A stretch of 64,000 bases of DNA from Planctomycetota bacterium (GTDB taxonomy: Bacteria > Planctomycetota > UBA1135 > UBA2386), in assembly GCA_965223545.1 (NCBI GenBank), contig OZ245006.1, positions 6,816,001 through 6,880,000 on the forward strand, read 5' to 3'. The notes beneath the pieces are model-generated. The model saw only the letters and a list, made by a program, of their open reading frames with translations, was not told the origin of the DNA and ran no database searches. This document shows positions 18,822 through 29,034 of the stretch, piece after piece. The position numbers and the translations under genes were made by a program. Numbering within the stretch: the stretch's first letter is position 1; each line of letters begins with the position of its first letter.

Positions 18822-21773
18822 ATGTTCGCCAAAGGCCTGAGTGTCTCGTTTGTTATCGCGCTGCTCACCGCTGCAGCCGTCGCCCAAGGCGCGCGGCTGG
18901 TGCGCGACATCAATCTCACGGGCGCGACGGAGACGTCGTCCAATCCGGCCGGGTTCACGGACGTCGGCGGTGAAACCTACTTCGTCGCCGATTGGCCGGG
19001 AACGGGGGGCGAGGTTGTCCGATGGTCACCCGGCACCGGAGCGGCCACGCTGGTCGTCGATCCCTCGACATCGCTGTTCAGCTCCCGGGCGCGCGAGTTG
19101 AGCGAGCTGTCGGGTCTCGCCGTGTTCATTGCGGATGCGCTTGTCGGCGTGCATGTGCTCTCGGCGGACCCCTCTTTGTGGGTGGCCGATCCCCTTACGG
19201 GCAATGCGCAGCGATTGTCTTTCACGGTGGCGCCGAGTGGTCCCTTGGTCAAGGCTGGTGGATTGTTGTTCTTCAGCGGCAACGGCGACCTTTGGAGGAC
19301 CGATGGGACTCCGCGCGGCACGCAGATGGTTGCGGATCTGTTTCCTCAAGAGCGAGTTGCCCTCGGGTCGGAGCTGGTGTTCTCCGCGGTGGACGGCGGT
19401 GGTCCTGGCTTGTGGCGCACCGACGGGACCGCGAATGGCACCGAGCTGGTCCAGCGTTTCGCAAACCGGCCGCGACCGTTTGCGGCGGCGGGTGGCTTGG
19501 TGTTCATGGCCGCGACCGATCCGCAGACCGGGGCCTCCCTTGGCTTGTGGGTTACCGATGGGACTTCGGCCGGGACGCGCGAGATCGCCGGGCCGTTCCT
19601 GGACATCCAGCGCGCTAGAGGGCAGTGGAGCGTGCAGGGCACGACGCTTTACGTGGTCTGCGACGATGGCGTGACGGGCGAGGAGATCTGGCGGTCGGAC
19701 GGCTCCGCGGCGGGGACGGCAGTTGTCCGCGACATCGCGCCTGGCGGTGCCAGCTCGTTCCCGACCGGTCTGACCGCCGTCGGCTCCGATGTGATGTTCG
19801 CTGTTGGCGGTGCGCGAGAGTTGTGGAGGACGGATGGCAGCGCAGCAGGCACGGTGCGCGTTGTCTCAACGGCAACCGTGGCGGTGTGCGCCGATGGCGT
19901 GGCTTGGCGAGGTCGCTACTACTTCGGTGGGACTGATGCGGCCGCAGGATGTGAGCTGTGGGCCTCGGACGGCACTGCCGTCGGCACAGTCCGGGTTGCT
20001 GACATCGTCGCCGGCCCGACGGGGTCGTCGCCGACGAACTTGGCGCTTGTCGCCGGCGGTAGTCGCTTGGCTTTCTCCTGCGACGATGGAGTTTCCGGGC
20101 GGGAGCCGTGGGTGAGCGATGGCACGGCGATGGGGACCCGGCGGATGGCAAACATCGGTCTCACGAATGCTGGCTCATCACCTCGGGAGCTCGTCGATCT
20201 GTATGGCACGACGGTGTTCTCTGCGGACGACGGCGTCGCGGGCCGTGAGCTTTGGCGCAGTGATGGCACGACCGCGGGCACGGTTCGCGTCAAGGACATC
20301 CGGGTCGGCTCGGTTGGGTCGGCGCCGGACGGGTTGTTCGTCGCCGGGGACGCGGTGTTCTTTGCGGCGGACGATGGCGGCGGAAGGCGGCTGTGGAAGA
20401 GCGACGGGTCGCCAACGGGCACCGTCGCCGTCCACTCTGTGCTTCCGTCGACCGGAGCCGGTGCCGTGGCCGTGGGACGCGAGCTGTTCTTCGTCGGCGA
20501 TGATGGACGTAGCGGCACGGAGTTGTGGGCCTCGGATGGTACCGCGTCCGGGACTCGACTCGTGCTCGACCTGACTCCGGGGGCCGCTGGGACCGACTTG
20601 CGGATCATCGGTGCGGTCGGTGCGAGGGCGTTGTTTGTGGTCGATGCGGGCATGACGGAGTTGTGGTCGACCAACGGAACCGCTTCCGGCACGCGGTACT
20701 TGGCGGACACGGTTGCCTCTGTGCCACGAGCCGAGCTTGGCGGTGTGCTGTACTTCGCTGGCACGACGCCCTCCACGGGCACCGAGTTGTGGGGCACTGA
20801 CGGGACGGTCGTGGGCACGCGGATGGTGGTCGATCTCGTCGCGGGATCGGGGAGCTCGAACCCCACCGAGCTCGCGGCCACCGACGGGCTCCTGCTCTTC
20901 AGCGCCTGGACCTCGGGTTTTGGCGAGGAGCTGTGGGCCTCGGACGGGACAGCGCGGGGAACGGGGCTGGTTCTGGATATCGTTCCGGGACCCAATAGCG
21001 GCAGTCCGCGTGGGCTCACCGCGGCCGGTGAGTTCGTCGCCTTCACGCGGTCCATCGGCAGCACGGTGGACATCTGGCTCTCGGACGGCACGGCGTCGGG
21101 CACGACTCTTGTTCGGGATCGTTGGTTCTCGGTAGTCGGTTTGACGGCAGTCGGTGCCAGACAAATCTACTTCGCCGGCGATTCGGCGAACCCGGCGCCG
21201 AGCTACGTCAGCTACTTGGGCGGGGAGCCCTGGCGGGTGACTGCAGCGGCCGGAGTTGAGCTCGTCGCCGACATTGCGCCGACATTCGCCACGTCGACGC
21301 CGACCGGGATGACCCTGTCGTCTGGCGCGTTGCTGTTCGGAGCGGACGACGCGACTCGCGGTCGCGAGCTGTGGCTCGTCGAGCCGGGCGCAACGAGTCA
21401 ACCGGTCGGCCAGGGTTGTCTGAGTGGATCGCCAGCGCTGCGGCTCTGGGCCGATGACCCTGTTCTCGGCGCGACCGCTTTCGTCCGCGGCAGCGGCGCG
21501 CGCCCGGGAACCTCCGGGGCACTGCTGCTCGGAAGCCCTCGGCCGCCCACCGAGCTGGCGCCGGGCTGTTCTCTCTACCTGAATCTCGAGGGGTTGGTGA
21601 TTCTTGCGAGCCTGGCTCCGACGACCGGAGATTGGAGTCTCCCGATACCCCTGCCGTTGTCGACGGCATTGCACGGCGTGCACGTCGGCCTGCAGGCGGT
21701 TCTCGGGCCGGCACCGACGACGCTGGGCGCCGACCTGACGTCGTCGGTCGTGTGGACTCTGGCTGGTTCATGA
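18822..21773 (+). CDS. Secreted ELWxxDGT-repeat beta-propeller protein with shared C-terminal domain
   Basis: More than ten ELW(R/A)SDGT..GT..V.D repeats; signal peptide ending AVAQ. Confidence 0.92.
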   Translation: MFAKGLSVSFVIALLTAAAVAQGARLVRDINLTGATETSSNPAGFTDVGGETYFVADWPGTGGEVVRWSPGTGAATLVVDPSTSLFSSRARELSELSGLAVFIADALVGVHVLSADPSLWVADPLTGNAQRLSFTVAPSGPLVKAGGLLFFSGNGDLWRTDGTPRGTQMVADLFPQERVALGSELVFSAVDGGGPGLWRTDGTANGTELVQRFANRPRPFAAAGGLVFMAATDPQTGASLGLWVTDGTSAGTREIAGPFLDIQRARGQWSVQGTTLYVVCDDGVTGEEIWRSDGSAAGTAVVRDIAPGGASSFPTGLTAVGSDVMFAVGGARELWRTDGSAAGTVRVVSTATVAVCADGVAWRGRYYFGGTDAAAGCELWASDGTAVGTVRVADIVAGPTGSSPTNLALVAGGSRLAFSCDDGVSGREPWVSDGTAMGTRRMANIGLTNAGSSPRELVDLYGTTVFSADDGVAGRELWRSDGTTAGTVRVKDIRVGSVGSAPDGLFVAGDAVFFAADDGGGRRLWKSDGSPTGTVAVHSVLPSTGAGAVAVGRELFFVGDDGRSGTELWASDGTASGTRLVLDLTPGAAGTDLRIIGAVGARALFVVDAGMTELWSTNGTASGTRYLADTVASVPRAELGGVLYFAGTTPSTGTELWGTDGTVVGTRMVVDLVAGSGSSNPTELAATDGLLLFSAWTSGFGEELWASDGTARGTGLVLDIVPGPNSGSPRGLTAAGEFVAFTRSIGSTVDIWLSDGTASGTTLVRDRWFSVVGLTAVGARQIYFAGDSANPAPSYVSYLGGEPWRVTAAAGVELVADIAPTFATSTPTGMTLSSGALLFGADDATRGRELWLVEPGATSQPVGQGCLSGSPALRLWADDPVLGATAFVRGSGARPGTSGALLLGSPRPPTELAPGCSLYLNLEGLVILASLAPTTGDWSLPIPLPLSTALHGVHVGLQAVLGPAPTTLGADLTSSVVWTLAGS

Positions 21774-21809
21774 GGGCGCCGCTGCGCGGCTGGACCGTAC
21801 TGCTGATCC

Positions 21810-21979
21810 TGCACGTCGCGAAGCGCATGCGCGACGAGCTGGGAGTTGCCGCGGTGGCGCCGGCGCACTGCACGGGCCACATCGGCGTTCGCGTGTTCCG
21901 CCACGTGTTCGGCGAGCGTTACGTCAAGGCGGGGTTGGGCACGCGCACCCGGTTTCCGGCGTCGACTCCGAACGAGTGA
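21810..21979 (+). pseudogene. C-terminal remnant of an MBL-fold metallo-hydrolase
   Basis: LGVAAVAPAHCTGHIGVRVFRHVFGERYVKAGLG has the C-terminal PxHCTG motif, but no N-terminal HxHxDH is present. Confidence 0.55.
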
Positions 21980-22037
21980 GGCGCACGGGCTTCGGCATCA
22001 GACCGGTGAGTGTCTGGCAGCGATATGCTCGCTCGGC

Positions 22038-22424
22038 ATGAGCACGCAGTCCACGTTGTTCCAGGCCGTCCCGGTGTTCTTCGTCGAAGACGTGGCGAGG
22101 TCGATGGAGTGGTTCGAGCAGAAGCTCGGATGGCAGCCGGGCTTCGTCTTTCCGGAGGGTGGCGAAGCGCCTTCCTATGCGAGTGTTTGCCTTGGAAAGG
22201 CCGCGGTTCATCTGGCGCGCCATGACCCTGATCGGCACGGACCAGGACGGTCCCACTGTTACGTGTTCGTGAGCGGTGTCGACGCGTACCACGCCTCGGT
22301 CGTTGCAAGGGGACTCGACGTGGAAGGACCCAAGACGTGGCACTACGGGATGCGCGAGTTCGTCGCCGTCGATCCGGATGGCAACCACTTGTGCTTCGGA
22401 CAGGGCGTCGAGACGGCGGAGTAG
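22038..22424 (+). CDS. VOC/glyoxalase/bleomycin-resistance family protein
   Basis: PVFFVEDVARSMEWF..KLG and YGMREFVAVDPDGNHL. Confidence 0.9.
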   Translation: MSTQSTLFQAVPVFFVEDVARSMEWFEQKLGWQPGFVFPEGGEAPSYASVCLGKAAVHLARHDPDRHGPGRSHCYVFVSGVDAYHASVVARGLDVEGPKTWHYGMREFVAVDPDGNHLCFGQGVETAE

Positions 22425-22518
22425 AGGCGTGGTGCCTCCGTGCGAGAGAGAGGGTCGCCCGGCGAGAAGGTGCAGCGTTGCGCGGTTGGGAGCGGGGTCA
22501 AGAGTGGCGATTCTGTGC

Positions 22519-23631
22519 CTACCGCAATTCCAGCCGGATGACCGGTCCGCGCGACAGCCCGATCTCTCCCGTAGTCGGGCGCGGGGCCGTCGCTCCCGGT
22601 GACCGTGCCGAGGCCACCATGGAGATCGAAGCGGGCGGCATGGTCGGCCCGAGGGTGAGCTGCAGGCCGTTTGTCGTGGTGAGGCCAGCGGGGTTGCTGA
22701 CCGGTGGGATCTCGACACTCGCACCTTGCATGTAGAACGCCGCCCCCAGTAGCTGAGGCGTGGCCGGGATCGGCAGGCGCAGCCGGACCAGAGTGTCCGG
22801 CGCGCCCGTCGCGGCGAATGCGACCGGCAACGTGGCCTGCGGAACGACGGTGACCGAGCAGCCGGGAGCGCCGGTCGGGTCCAGCGGCACGGCGGTCGGC
22901 GCCGTGCCCAGGGCGAGCGCGCCGGTCGACCCGGCGACGGCGAACATCCCGACCAGCAGCTCCCCGCCCGGCATCAGCGTGCGGTCGCGGGCGTACAGGG
23001 TCTTGGGGCCGCGCGCCGCGGTGGCTCCGCAGGCCGCGCCGGTCGTGGTCACCGCGCTGCCGGTCGTTTCGACGAACGCGTCGACCCACCAGTTCGCACC
23101 CGAGAGGCCGCTGAGTGGCGTGCCCTCGATCTCGATGCACAAGTGGCCGGCCTGGTACCGCCACCCCGGCGAGAACGGGATGCGCACCGCGTACGGGCTC
23201 TGCCACGGATAGGGCGGCGTGATCGCGGCCGAGCTCGGCAGCGGCAAGGTCCCGCTGAAGACGACGGCAGGACTCGCGCCGTGATTCTGCGCGAAGGCTC
23301 GAGCGGGTGCTGCCGGGTGGCGCGCGTTGTCCGATACGGTGACGGTGATGCTGGCCGTCTCCGCCTGCACCGTGGCCCCCAACGAATGGTTGCGCCGCAA
23401 CCACAGGCCATCGATCTGCTTGCCGGCCGCTTGCTCAAGCAAGTCGTCGCGCACGAGCAGCTGCTGTCGAAACGCGTCCGAGAACCCGGCGACGTCGGTG
23501 ACCGAGCCCGCCTCCTGGGTGTCGTAGATCGCGGGAATCACGATGGCCTGCGCCGGGCACGTCGCCGCGGCGCCGAGCAGCGCGGCCAGCGACATCGGGG
23601 TAGAGGGCCGTCTGGGGGCTCGTGCGTTCAT
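22519..23631 (-). CDS. Secreted protein, paralog of 7047-8129
   Basis: ATGA overlap with the upstream small gene; signal peptide; same motifs as 7047-8129. Confidence 0.85.
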   Translation of the reverse strand: MNARAPRRPSTPMSLAALLGAAATCPAQAIVIPAIYDTQEAGSVTDVAGFSDAFRQQLLVRDDLLEQAAGKQIDGLWLRRNHSLGATVQAETASITVTVSDNARHPAAPARAFAQNHGASPAVVFSGTLPLPSSAAITPPYPWQSPYAVRIPFSPGWRYQAGHLCIEIEGTPLSGLSGANWWVDAFVETTGSAVTTTGAACGATAARGPKTLYARDRTLMPGGELLVGMFAVAGSTGALALGTAPTAVPLDPTGAPGCSVTVVPQATLPVAFAATGAPDTLVRLRLPIPATPQLLGAAFYMQGASVEIPPVSNPAGLTTTNGLQLTLGPTMPPASISMVASARSPGATAPRPTTGEIGLSRGPVIRLELR

Positions 23632-23900
23632 GGTCGGGGGCTTCCTGTGCTGTAGATCTCGACCTCGATGTTGTTCGTCGTCGGAAGATTGCGGTCGGAG
23701 ATGACGATCGACTCCGCGCCGCTGGGCGCCGTGATCGTGCCTGTACCGTCGGGTGACAGCGGTAGCTCTTGCCACGGGCCACCGTCCACCGAGTAGTAGA
23801 GCTGCTCGTCGCCGCCGAACTCCACCTCGATGTCTTCGCCCTCGAACGCGGGGTCCGGCTCGGCGCTCAGCGGTGGATCGAGCGGGTGGGGGAAGGTCAT
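23628..23900 (-). CDS. Small acidic beta-sandwich-like protein, paralog of 8131-8442
   Basis: ATGA overlaps on both sides; YYSVDGGPWQE motif. Confidence 0.8.
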   Translation of the reverse strand: MTFPHPLDPPLSAEPDPAFEGEDIEVEFGGDEQLYYSVDGGPWQELPLSPDGTGTITAPSGAESIVISDRNLPTTNNIEVEIYSTGSPRP

Positions 23901-24355
23901 CGGTCGGTGAGCAGCTGGACGGCGCGGACCACGGTTCCCGGAACGTCGGATCGTGCGTGGACCAGGCGCTGCAGGGCACGCGTGACCTTGGCGGTCGCCG
24001 CTTTGTGGCCGTCGTGTGCGGCGCATGCGATGCGCAGGACTCCGACCCAGGCCGTGTCATCCACGTGCTCGGCCTGGCGCAGCTCGGTGAAGAACGTCGG
24101 GTAGGATGCGAGCAGCTCGTCGATCGGAAGGAGGACGAACTCGCGATGGTCGCCGCTCGCTGGGGAGGAGGGTCCGGCACTCGGCGCCTCGGCGGGGCGC
24201 GCCCAGGCCACACCGCCGGTGGCGCCCAGGCCGGCGCCGACGATGCCGGCGCCGGCCGCCGCGAACAGCATTCGGCGCCGAGAAACCCGTTGCCGGTCGC
24301 GGAGAACTTGCAGCAGAGCTTCCTGCTGCCCGGGAAAACCACCTGCTCGCATCAA
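23897..24355 (-). CDS. Hypothetical protein with twin-arginine-like/TM segment
   Basis: VSRRRMLFAAAGAGIVGAGLGATGGVAWA; stop overlaps the next start. Confidence 0.6.
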   Translation of the reverse strand: MMRAGGFPGQQEALLQVLRDRQRVSRRRMLFAAAGAGIVGAGLGATGGVAWARPAEAPSAGPSSPASGDHREFVLLPIDELLASYPTFFTELRQAEHVDDTAWVGVLRIACAAHDGHKAATAKVTRALQRLVHARSDVPGTVVRAVQLLTDR

Positions 24356-24489
24356 CTCAGAGTCTAGCCAGCTGCAATGAACCCGGCAAGACCGATTGCA
24401 CAGGCCGACCGCAAACGAGCGACGCCGCGGACATCATTGGGGTGAACGGCGCCAAACGCTCTCCCCGATGTCCGAAGCTCTCGATCGAA

Positions 24490-24758
24490 GAACCTCCTCG
24501 GCACGCACGCGTGGCTGCAGCGGCTGGCCGGCTTGCCCACGGCCCGGAAGTGCATCGCGCTTGGTTGGCCGGCGTGCTGCACAACGTCTCTCGCCAGCTG
24601 CGCCGCACGGAGCGGCGGCGCGCGCGCCGAAGGTCCGAGGCACTGCTTTCGGGGCTGAAGTGGTGGCCGAGGTCAGTGCGCAGCGCCGTCTGGCCGAGAG
24701 ACAGAGTGCTCTCGACGAGCCATGGCGGACCGCGGTTCTCTCACCGCGCGAGCGCTGA
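24490..24758 (+). pseudogene. Degenerate, frameshifted ECF sigma factor remnant
   Basis: One frame gives RAWLAGVLHNVSRQLRRTERRRARR (region 2.3-2.4); another gives AEVVAEVSAQRRLAE...LDEPWRTAVL (start of region 4). Confidence 0.55.
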
Positions 24759-24831
24759 TCCCTGGCCAAGGGCTTCCATGGCGACCACGCAAATTCGCGG
24801 GACGTGGGCGCTGTGCGGGCAAACGCCTCGC

Positions 24832-26286
24832 ATGCACACGCGCGCGCGCTACCTGTTCAGCTTCGCTGTCCTCGCCCAACTCGCCCCGGCGCAGCCACCG
24901 GCGATGCGCCTGGTGCTCCCCGGAGTCGTCCACGCCGCCGCGCTCGGTGATCTCGATGGGGATGGAGTCGCCGACCTCGCCTTCGGTGACAGCGCCGCCG
25001 GTCAGCTGGTGGCGTTGTCCGGCGTGGATGGGTCATTCCTTCACCGTGTTGCCGGGGCGTCCCTGCCGCGGTCCGCGGTGGGCAATCTCGACGGCGTCGG
25101 CGGCGCCGATCTGGTCGCAGTGACGGCCGCGGTGGGGTACTCGGTCTACTCGGGGACGACCGGTGCGCTGCTGTACACGGTGCCACTCGCGAGCAACGAG
25201 ACGTCGGCAACCGGGGTCCTCGGCCGCGACGACCTCGACGGCGATGGCGCCGACGACTTGTTGGTGACCTACGCTTTGACTACGGGGTGGTACGCGGTGC
25301 GAGCACGGTCCGGCCGCGACGGCACCGTACTGTGGAGCTTCGACTACGACGCCGGGGCCTCGATCGGCTTTTCTGCCAATCCGCTGGGGGACGTGGATGG
25401 CGACGGCGTCGAGGATTTCTGGATGTCGCGGTTCGTCGGTGGCTACTCCGTCGATGAGATCGCGGAGATCTTCTCGGGTGCGACGCGAACCAAGATCCGC
25501 AGCTACCGCAACACATACGTCACCCTGAAGCCGATGGGGGATTCCGATGCCGACGGGTGCGACGACTACTTGGTGCAAGAGAGCTACTGGTGGACCGCGC
25601 CGCTGCCACGGACACTCGTTTCGGGCAAGACCGGTGCCCTGATCGCGGGCTTTGGCACGGCCGTCGACGTGGACTCCGCGGGCGACCTCGATGGCGATGG
25701 GATCGTGGACGTGCTCGCCCGCAACCGGTCGGGGTTGTCCGTGAATGTCCATAGCGGTCTGCCTCCCTTTGCCGTGCTGTGGACCTACTCCTCGCCGTCT
25801 CCGCTGCCATCGATCCGTGCACTCGGTGACGTCGATGGAGACGGCCGCGGTGATTTCGCGTTCTTCGATTCGACCCCCGATTGCGCGTCCATTTCCACCA
25901 GCGGCGCAGCCAACCTGTTGGGCGCGCCATCGGTGGCGCGTGTCGGGGCGCGTGCGAACCAGGACATGGCTCTGACGCCGGGTGACTACGGCGGCCAGGC
26001 GTATGCCGTCGTCGGCTCCATCTCCGGTACTCGGCCGGGCGTCGTGATCGGTGGAGTACCCGTTCCCCTGAATCCGGACGCGCTGACGTTCAGCCCGGCT
26101 GCGCGCGGGTTCTTGCTCGGCGGCAGTGGCGTGCTACCGACGGAGGGGAGCGCAAACATCGGCCTGCGCCTGCCGATCTTGCCGGCTTCGGCGATCGGAA
26201 TGACGGTGCACCACGTGGCGCTGATCTTCGGGCCCCTGGGGATCGAGGCCGCGACCGTGCCGGTGCCGCTCGTGATTCTGCCGTGA
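24832..26286 (+). CDS. Secreted FG-GAP/VCBS-repeat (integrin-alpha-like) protein with variant C-terminal domain
   Basis: Repeated GDLDGDGVAD Ca-binding motifs; signal peptide ending APAQ. Confidence 0.9.
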   Translation: MHTRARYLFSFAVLAQLAPAQPPAMRLVLPGVVHAAALGDLDGDGVADLAFGDSAAGQLVALSGVDGSFLHRVAGASLPRSAVGNLDGVGGADLVAVTAAVGYSVYSGTTGALLYTVPLASNETSATGVLGRDDLDGDGADDLLVTYALTTGWYAVRARSGRDGTVLWSFDYDAGASIGFSANPLGDVDGDGVEDFWMSRFVGGYSVDEIAEIFSGATRTKIRSYRNTYVTLKPMGDSDADGCDDYLVQESYWWTAPLPRTLVSGKTGALIAGFGTAVDVDSAGDLDGDGIVDVLARNRSGLSVNVHSGLPPFAVLWTYSSPSPLPSIRALGDVDGDGRGDFAFFDSTPDCASISTSGAANLLGAPSVARVGARANQDMALTPGDYGGQAYAVVGSISGTRPGVVIGGVPVPLNPDALTFSPAARGFLLGGSGVLPTEGSANIGLRLPILPASAIGMTVHHVALIFGPLGIEAATVPVPLVILP

Positions 26287-26350
26287 CGGGAGGGAGGCGG
26301 CGGCCGGGGATGTCGAGCAGAGCCCGAACCGCGTGCTATCGTCGCGCCCG

Positions 26351-28234
26351 ATGACAAACCGCGTATCGGTCGTCCTGGCGCTGTGCGTGGTCTCGGCCGC
26401 TGCCGCCCGGGCGCAGGATCGACTTGTCCGCCCCAACGTGGTGATGATCATCTCCGACGACCAGGCGTGGACCGACTTCGGTTTCATGGGGCACCCGGAG
26501 ATCCGCACACCGCATCTGGATGCGCTGGCCGACAAGAGCGTCGTGTTCGAGCACGGCTACGTGCCGTCGAGTCTCTGCCGACCGAGCTTGGCGACGATGA
26601 TCACCGGGCTCTACCCGCACGAGCACGGACTCACCGGCAACGATCCGCCGAAGGGCGAGCCGCGCGACCGGATGCTGTCGCGCATCGCCGCGGTCGATAC
26701 GCTGCCGAGGTTGCTCGCGCCCCTGGGCTACGAGAGCTTGCAGACCGGCAAGTGGTGGGAGGGCGATTGCCGCTGCGGTGGTTTCGACGAGGGGATGACC
26801 CATGGCGCTCCCGATCGCGGTGGTCGGCACGGCGACGACGGCCTGGAGATTGGCCGCAAGACGATGCGGCCGATCGCGGACTTCCTCGACGCGCGCGGCG
26901 AGCGGCCGTTCTTTCTCTGGTACGCGCCCTTCTTGCCGCACACGCCGCACAACCCACCCGAGCGCCTACTGCAGCGCTATCGGAAGCCGGGCAAGAGCGT
27001 GCACGTCGCGAAGTACCAAGCGATGTGCGAGTGGTTCGATGAGACGTGCGGCCAGCTGTTGGCCATGCTCGACGAACGCGGACTCACCGAGGACACGCTG
27101 GTGGTGTTCGCCGTCGACAACGGGTGGATCCAGCGCCCTGACCGCCGCGGTTACGCCCAGCGCAGCAAGCGGTCCCCGTACGAAGGCGGCGTGCGCACGC
27201 CGATTCTGCTGTCCTGGCCCGGCCGCCTCCAACCCACGCGGCGCGACGATCTCGCCAGCTCGGTCGACCTCGCGCCGACGATCTTGCGCGCTTGTGGAGT
27301 CACGCCGCCGGAGCGGATGACGGGCCGTGACCTACGCGACGCCGCGCACGCGCGCGACGCGGTGTTCGGTGCGACGTTCTCGCATGACGTCGTCGACCTC
27401 GACGCGCCGACCAAGGGCTTGCAGACGCGCTGGTCGGTGCACGACGGATTCAAGCTCGTCGTGCATCACGGCAGGGCGAAGCGTGTCGAGCTGTTCCACT
27501 TGACCGAGGACCCGCGCGAGCGCGTGGAGCTGGCAGTGCAGCTGCCCGAGCGGACTGGCGCGATGGTGGCGACGCTCGACGCGTGGTGGTCGCCGGCCCG
27601 TTTCGATCCCGTCTTGCGCCGCGTGCACGGCTTTCCGGTCTACGTCGATCCCGCGCTGTTGGACGGAGAACACGCGACAGAGGGCGCGCGCGCGCTCGGC
27701 ATGCTGGCCAACCACCTCGAGCGCATCTCCATGCTGGTCGAGGGCCAGCCGCTGCAGGACCTTCGCCAAGTCGGCATCTGGATCGAGCACGAGCACACCG
27801 AGCTGGAGCGCATGCAGTACCACCCGAGCGCGCGCTGGCTGGCCCGGCATGGCTACGACACGCGGCTGGCGCGGACGGTGCATATCCCTCGCGCGCGCGC
27901 GCTCCTTTCTCGGGCGCAGCTGCTCAAGCACCCGGCGGTCGTCCTGCACGAGCTCGCGCACGCCTATCACGACCAGGTGCTCGGCTTCGACGACGAACGC
28001 GTGCTCCGGGCCTTCCGCACCGCGCGTGACGGAAAGCGTTACGAGGACGTGCTGGCGCACACGGGTCGCCGGGTCCGGCACTACGCGATGACCGACCACA
28101 AGGAGTACTTCGCCGAAGCCACCGAGGCGTACCTCTACCGGAACGACTTCTTCCCGTTCGTTCGGGCCGAGCTCGCGGAGTTCGATCCGGTCTGCCACGA
28201 TCTACTCGAACGGATTTGGGGACCGGCGCGCTGA
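26351..28234 (+). CDS. Formylglycine-type sulfatase fused to a C-terminal HEXXH zinc metallopeptidase-like domain
   Basis: PNVVMIISDD, SLCRPSL, GKWW, PH, DNG, YEGGVRTP; then VLHELAHAYH...KEYFAE. Confidence 0.9.
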   Translation: MTNRVSVVLALCVVSAAAARAQDRLVRPNVVMIISDDQAWTDFGFMGHPEIRTPHLDALADKSVVFEHGYVPSSLCRPSLATMITGLYPHEHGLTGNDPPKGEPRDRMLSRIAAVDTLPRLLAPLGYESLQTGKWWEGDCRCGGFDEGMTHGAPDRGGRHGDDGLEIGRKTMRPIADFLDARGERPFFLWYAPFLPHTPHNPPERLLQRYRKPGKSVHVAKYQAMCEWFDETCGQLLAMLDERGLTEDTLVVFAVDNGWIQRPDRRGYAQRSKRSPYEGGVRTPILLSWPGRLQPTRRDDLASSVDLAPTILRACGVTPPERMTGRDLRDAAHARDAVFGATFSHDVVDLDAPTKGLQTRWSVHDGFKLVVHHGRAKRVELFHLTEDPRERVELAVQLPERTGAMVATLDAWWSPARFDPVLRRVHGFPVYVDPALLDGEHATEGARALGMLANHLERISMLVEGQPLQDLRQVGIWIEHEHTELERMQYHPSARWLARHGYDTRLARTVHIPRARALLSRAQLLKHPAVVLHELAHAYHDQVLGFDDERVLRAFRTARDGKRYEDVLAHTGRRVRHYAMTDHKEYFAEATEAYLYRNDFFPFVRAELAEFDPVCHDLLERIWGPAR

Positions 28235-28252
28235 GTGCGCGGGACACCAGGA

Positions 28253-28762
28253 TCACTGTGCCCTGCGCAGCTCATCGACCCACAGCTCCGTCCAGTGCGC
28301 GCCATCGTCGTGGGAGATCGACATCGACCGTCGCCACACGCCGTCGGCCAACAGCTCGGAAACCAGCCGGGATTCGCGCGTGCGGTGTGGCGAGATCGAG
28401 CGCCACTCGCTCCGAGTGCCCGTGACGGTACCGGCGTAGCGGGCCGCTGCTCGCCCGACCGAGTTCGTGTACTGCCATGACCACTTTCCGTTGGTGGGGT
28501 CGAAGAGTTGCACGGCCGTCCCGGTGTACGAGCGACCCGCCTTCCCGCGGATCTCCAAGGTGCGCAGCTGGCCAGCGCCGATGAGAACCGGCTCGACGCG
28601 CATGCGCATCGGCGCCTCGTCGCCGCTCGCGGCGTCGCGGCGCACTCCTTCCCACGTGCCCAGCGTCCACGCGAAGGGGTCGGTTGGTGGCGAGCTGGCG
28701 CACGCACACAGAGTGAGACAGGCGACGGCAGTGGCTGCCGAGATCGTGTGGACTTGCGGCAT
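28253..28762 (-). CDS. Putative lipoprotein, beta-barrel (DUF1579-like)
   Basis: Lipobox-like LCAC; W.LG.WEG; SISHDDGAHW. Confidence 0.7.
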   Translation of the reverse strand: MPQVHTISAATAVACLTLCACASSPPTDPFAWTLGTWEGVRRDAASGDEAPMRMRVEPVLIGAGQLRTLEIRGKAGRSYTGTAVQLFDPTNGKWSWQYTNSVGRAAARYAGTVTGTRSEWRSISPHRTRESRLVSELLADGVWRRSMSISHDDGAHWTELWVDELRRAQ

Positions 28763-28790
28763 GTTGGACGGCAAGGATCCGCCAACTCTA

Positions 28791-28992
28791 CTCAGCGTGG
28801 CCGGGGCCGCAACCAAGCTCGGATGCCGCTCTCGCCGGAGCGGGTTGGAAGGTCTGACACATCCGCCGCCGCGCTGAGCGCAGACGCCAGTGTTGCTTTC
28901 GAGCCTCCGGGAGTTGCGGTATCGAAGTCTCGGCGACGACGGGCCTTCCGAAAGGTTGTTGCCGCTCGAACATTCTCGGACCCCGAGGCTGA
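28791..28992 (+). repeat. Double-hairpin repeat, locus 2 (one A+B unit)
   Basis: CTCAGCGTGGC...GCCGCGCTGAG, linker, GAGCCTCCGGG...CCCCGAGGCT. Confidence 0.9.
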
Positions 28993-29034
28993 TTGGACCG
29001 CGCGTGGGACCAAGATGGTCATGGGTGCATCGGG

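Noticed and set aside
18822..21400. DNA-level repeats in the ELWxxDGT and kelch genes as mobile or diversity-generating repeats
   Set aside because: Explained by propeller-blade protein repeats; no reverse transcriptase or template/variable repeat pair was seen.
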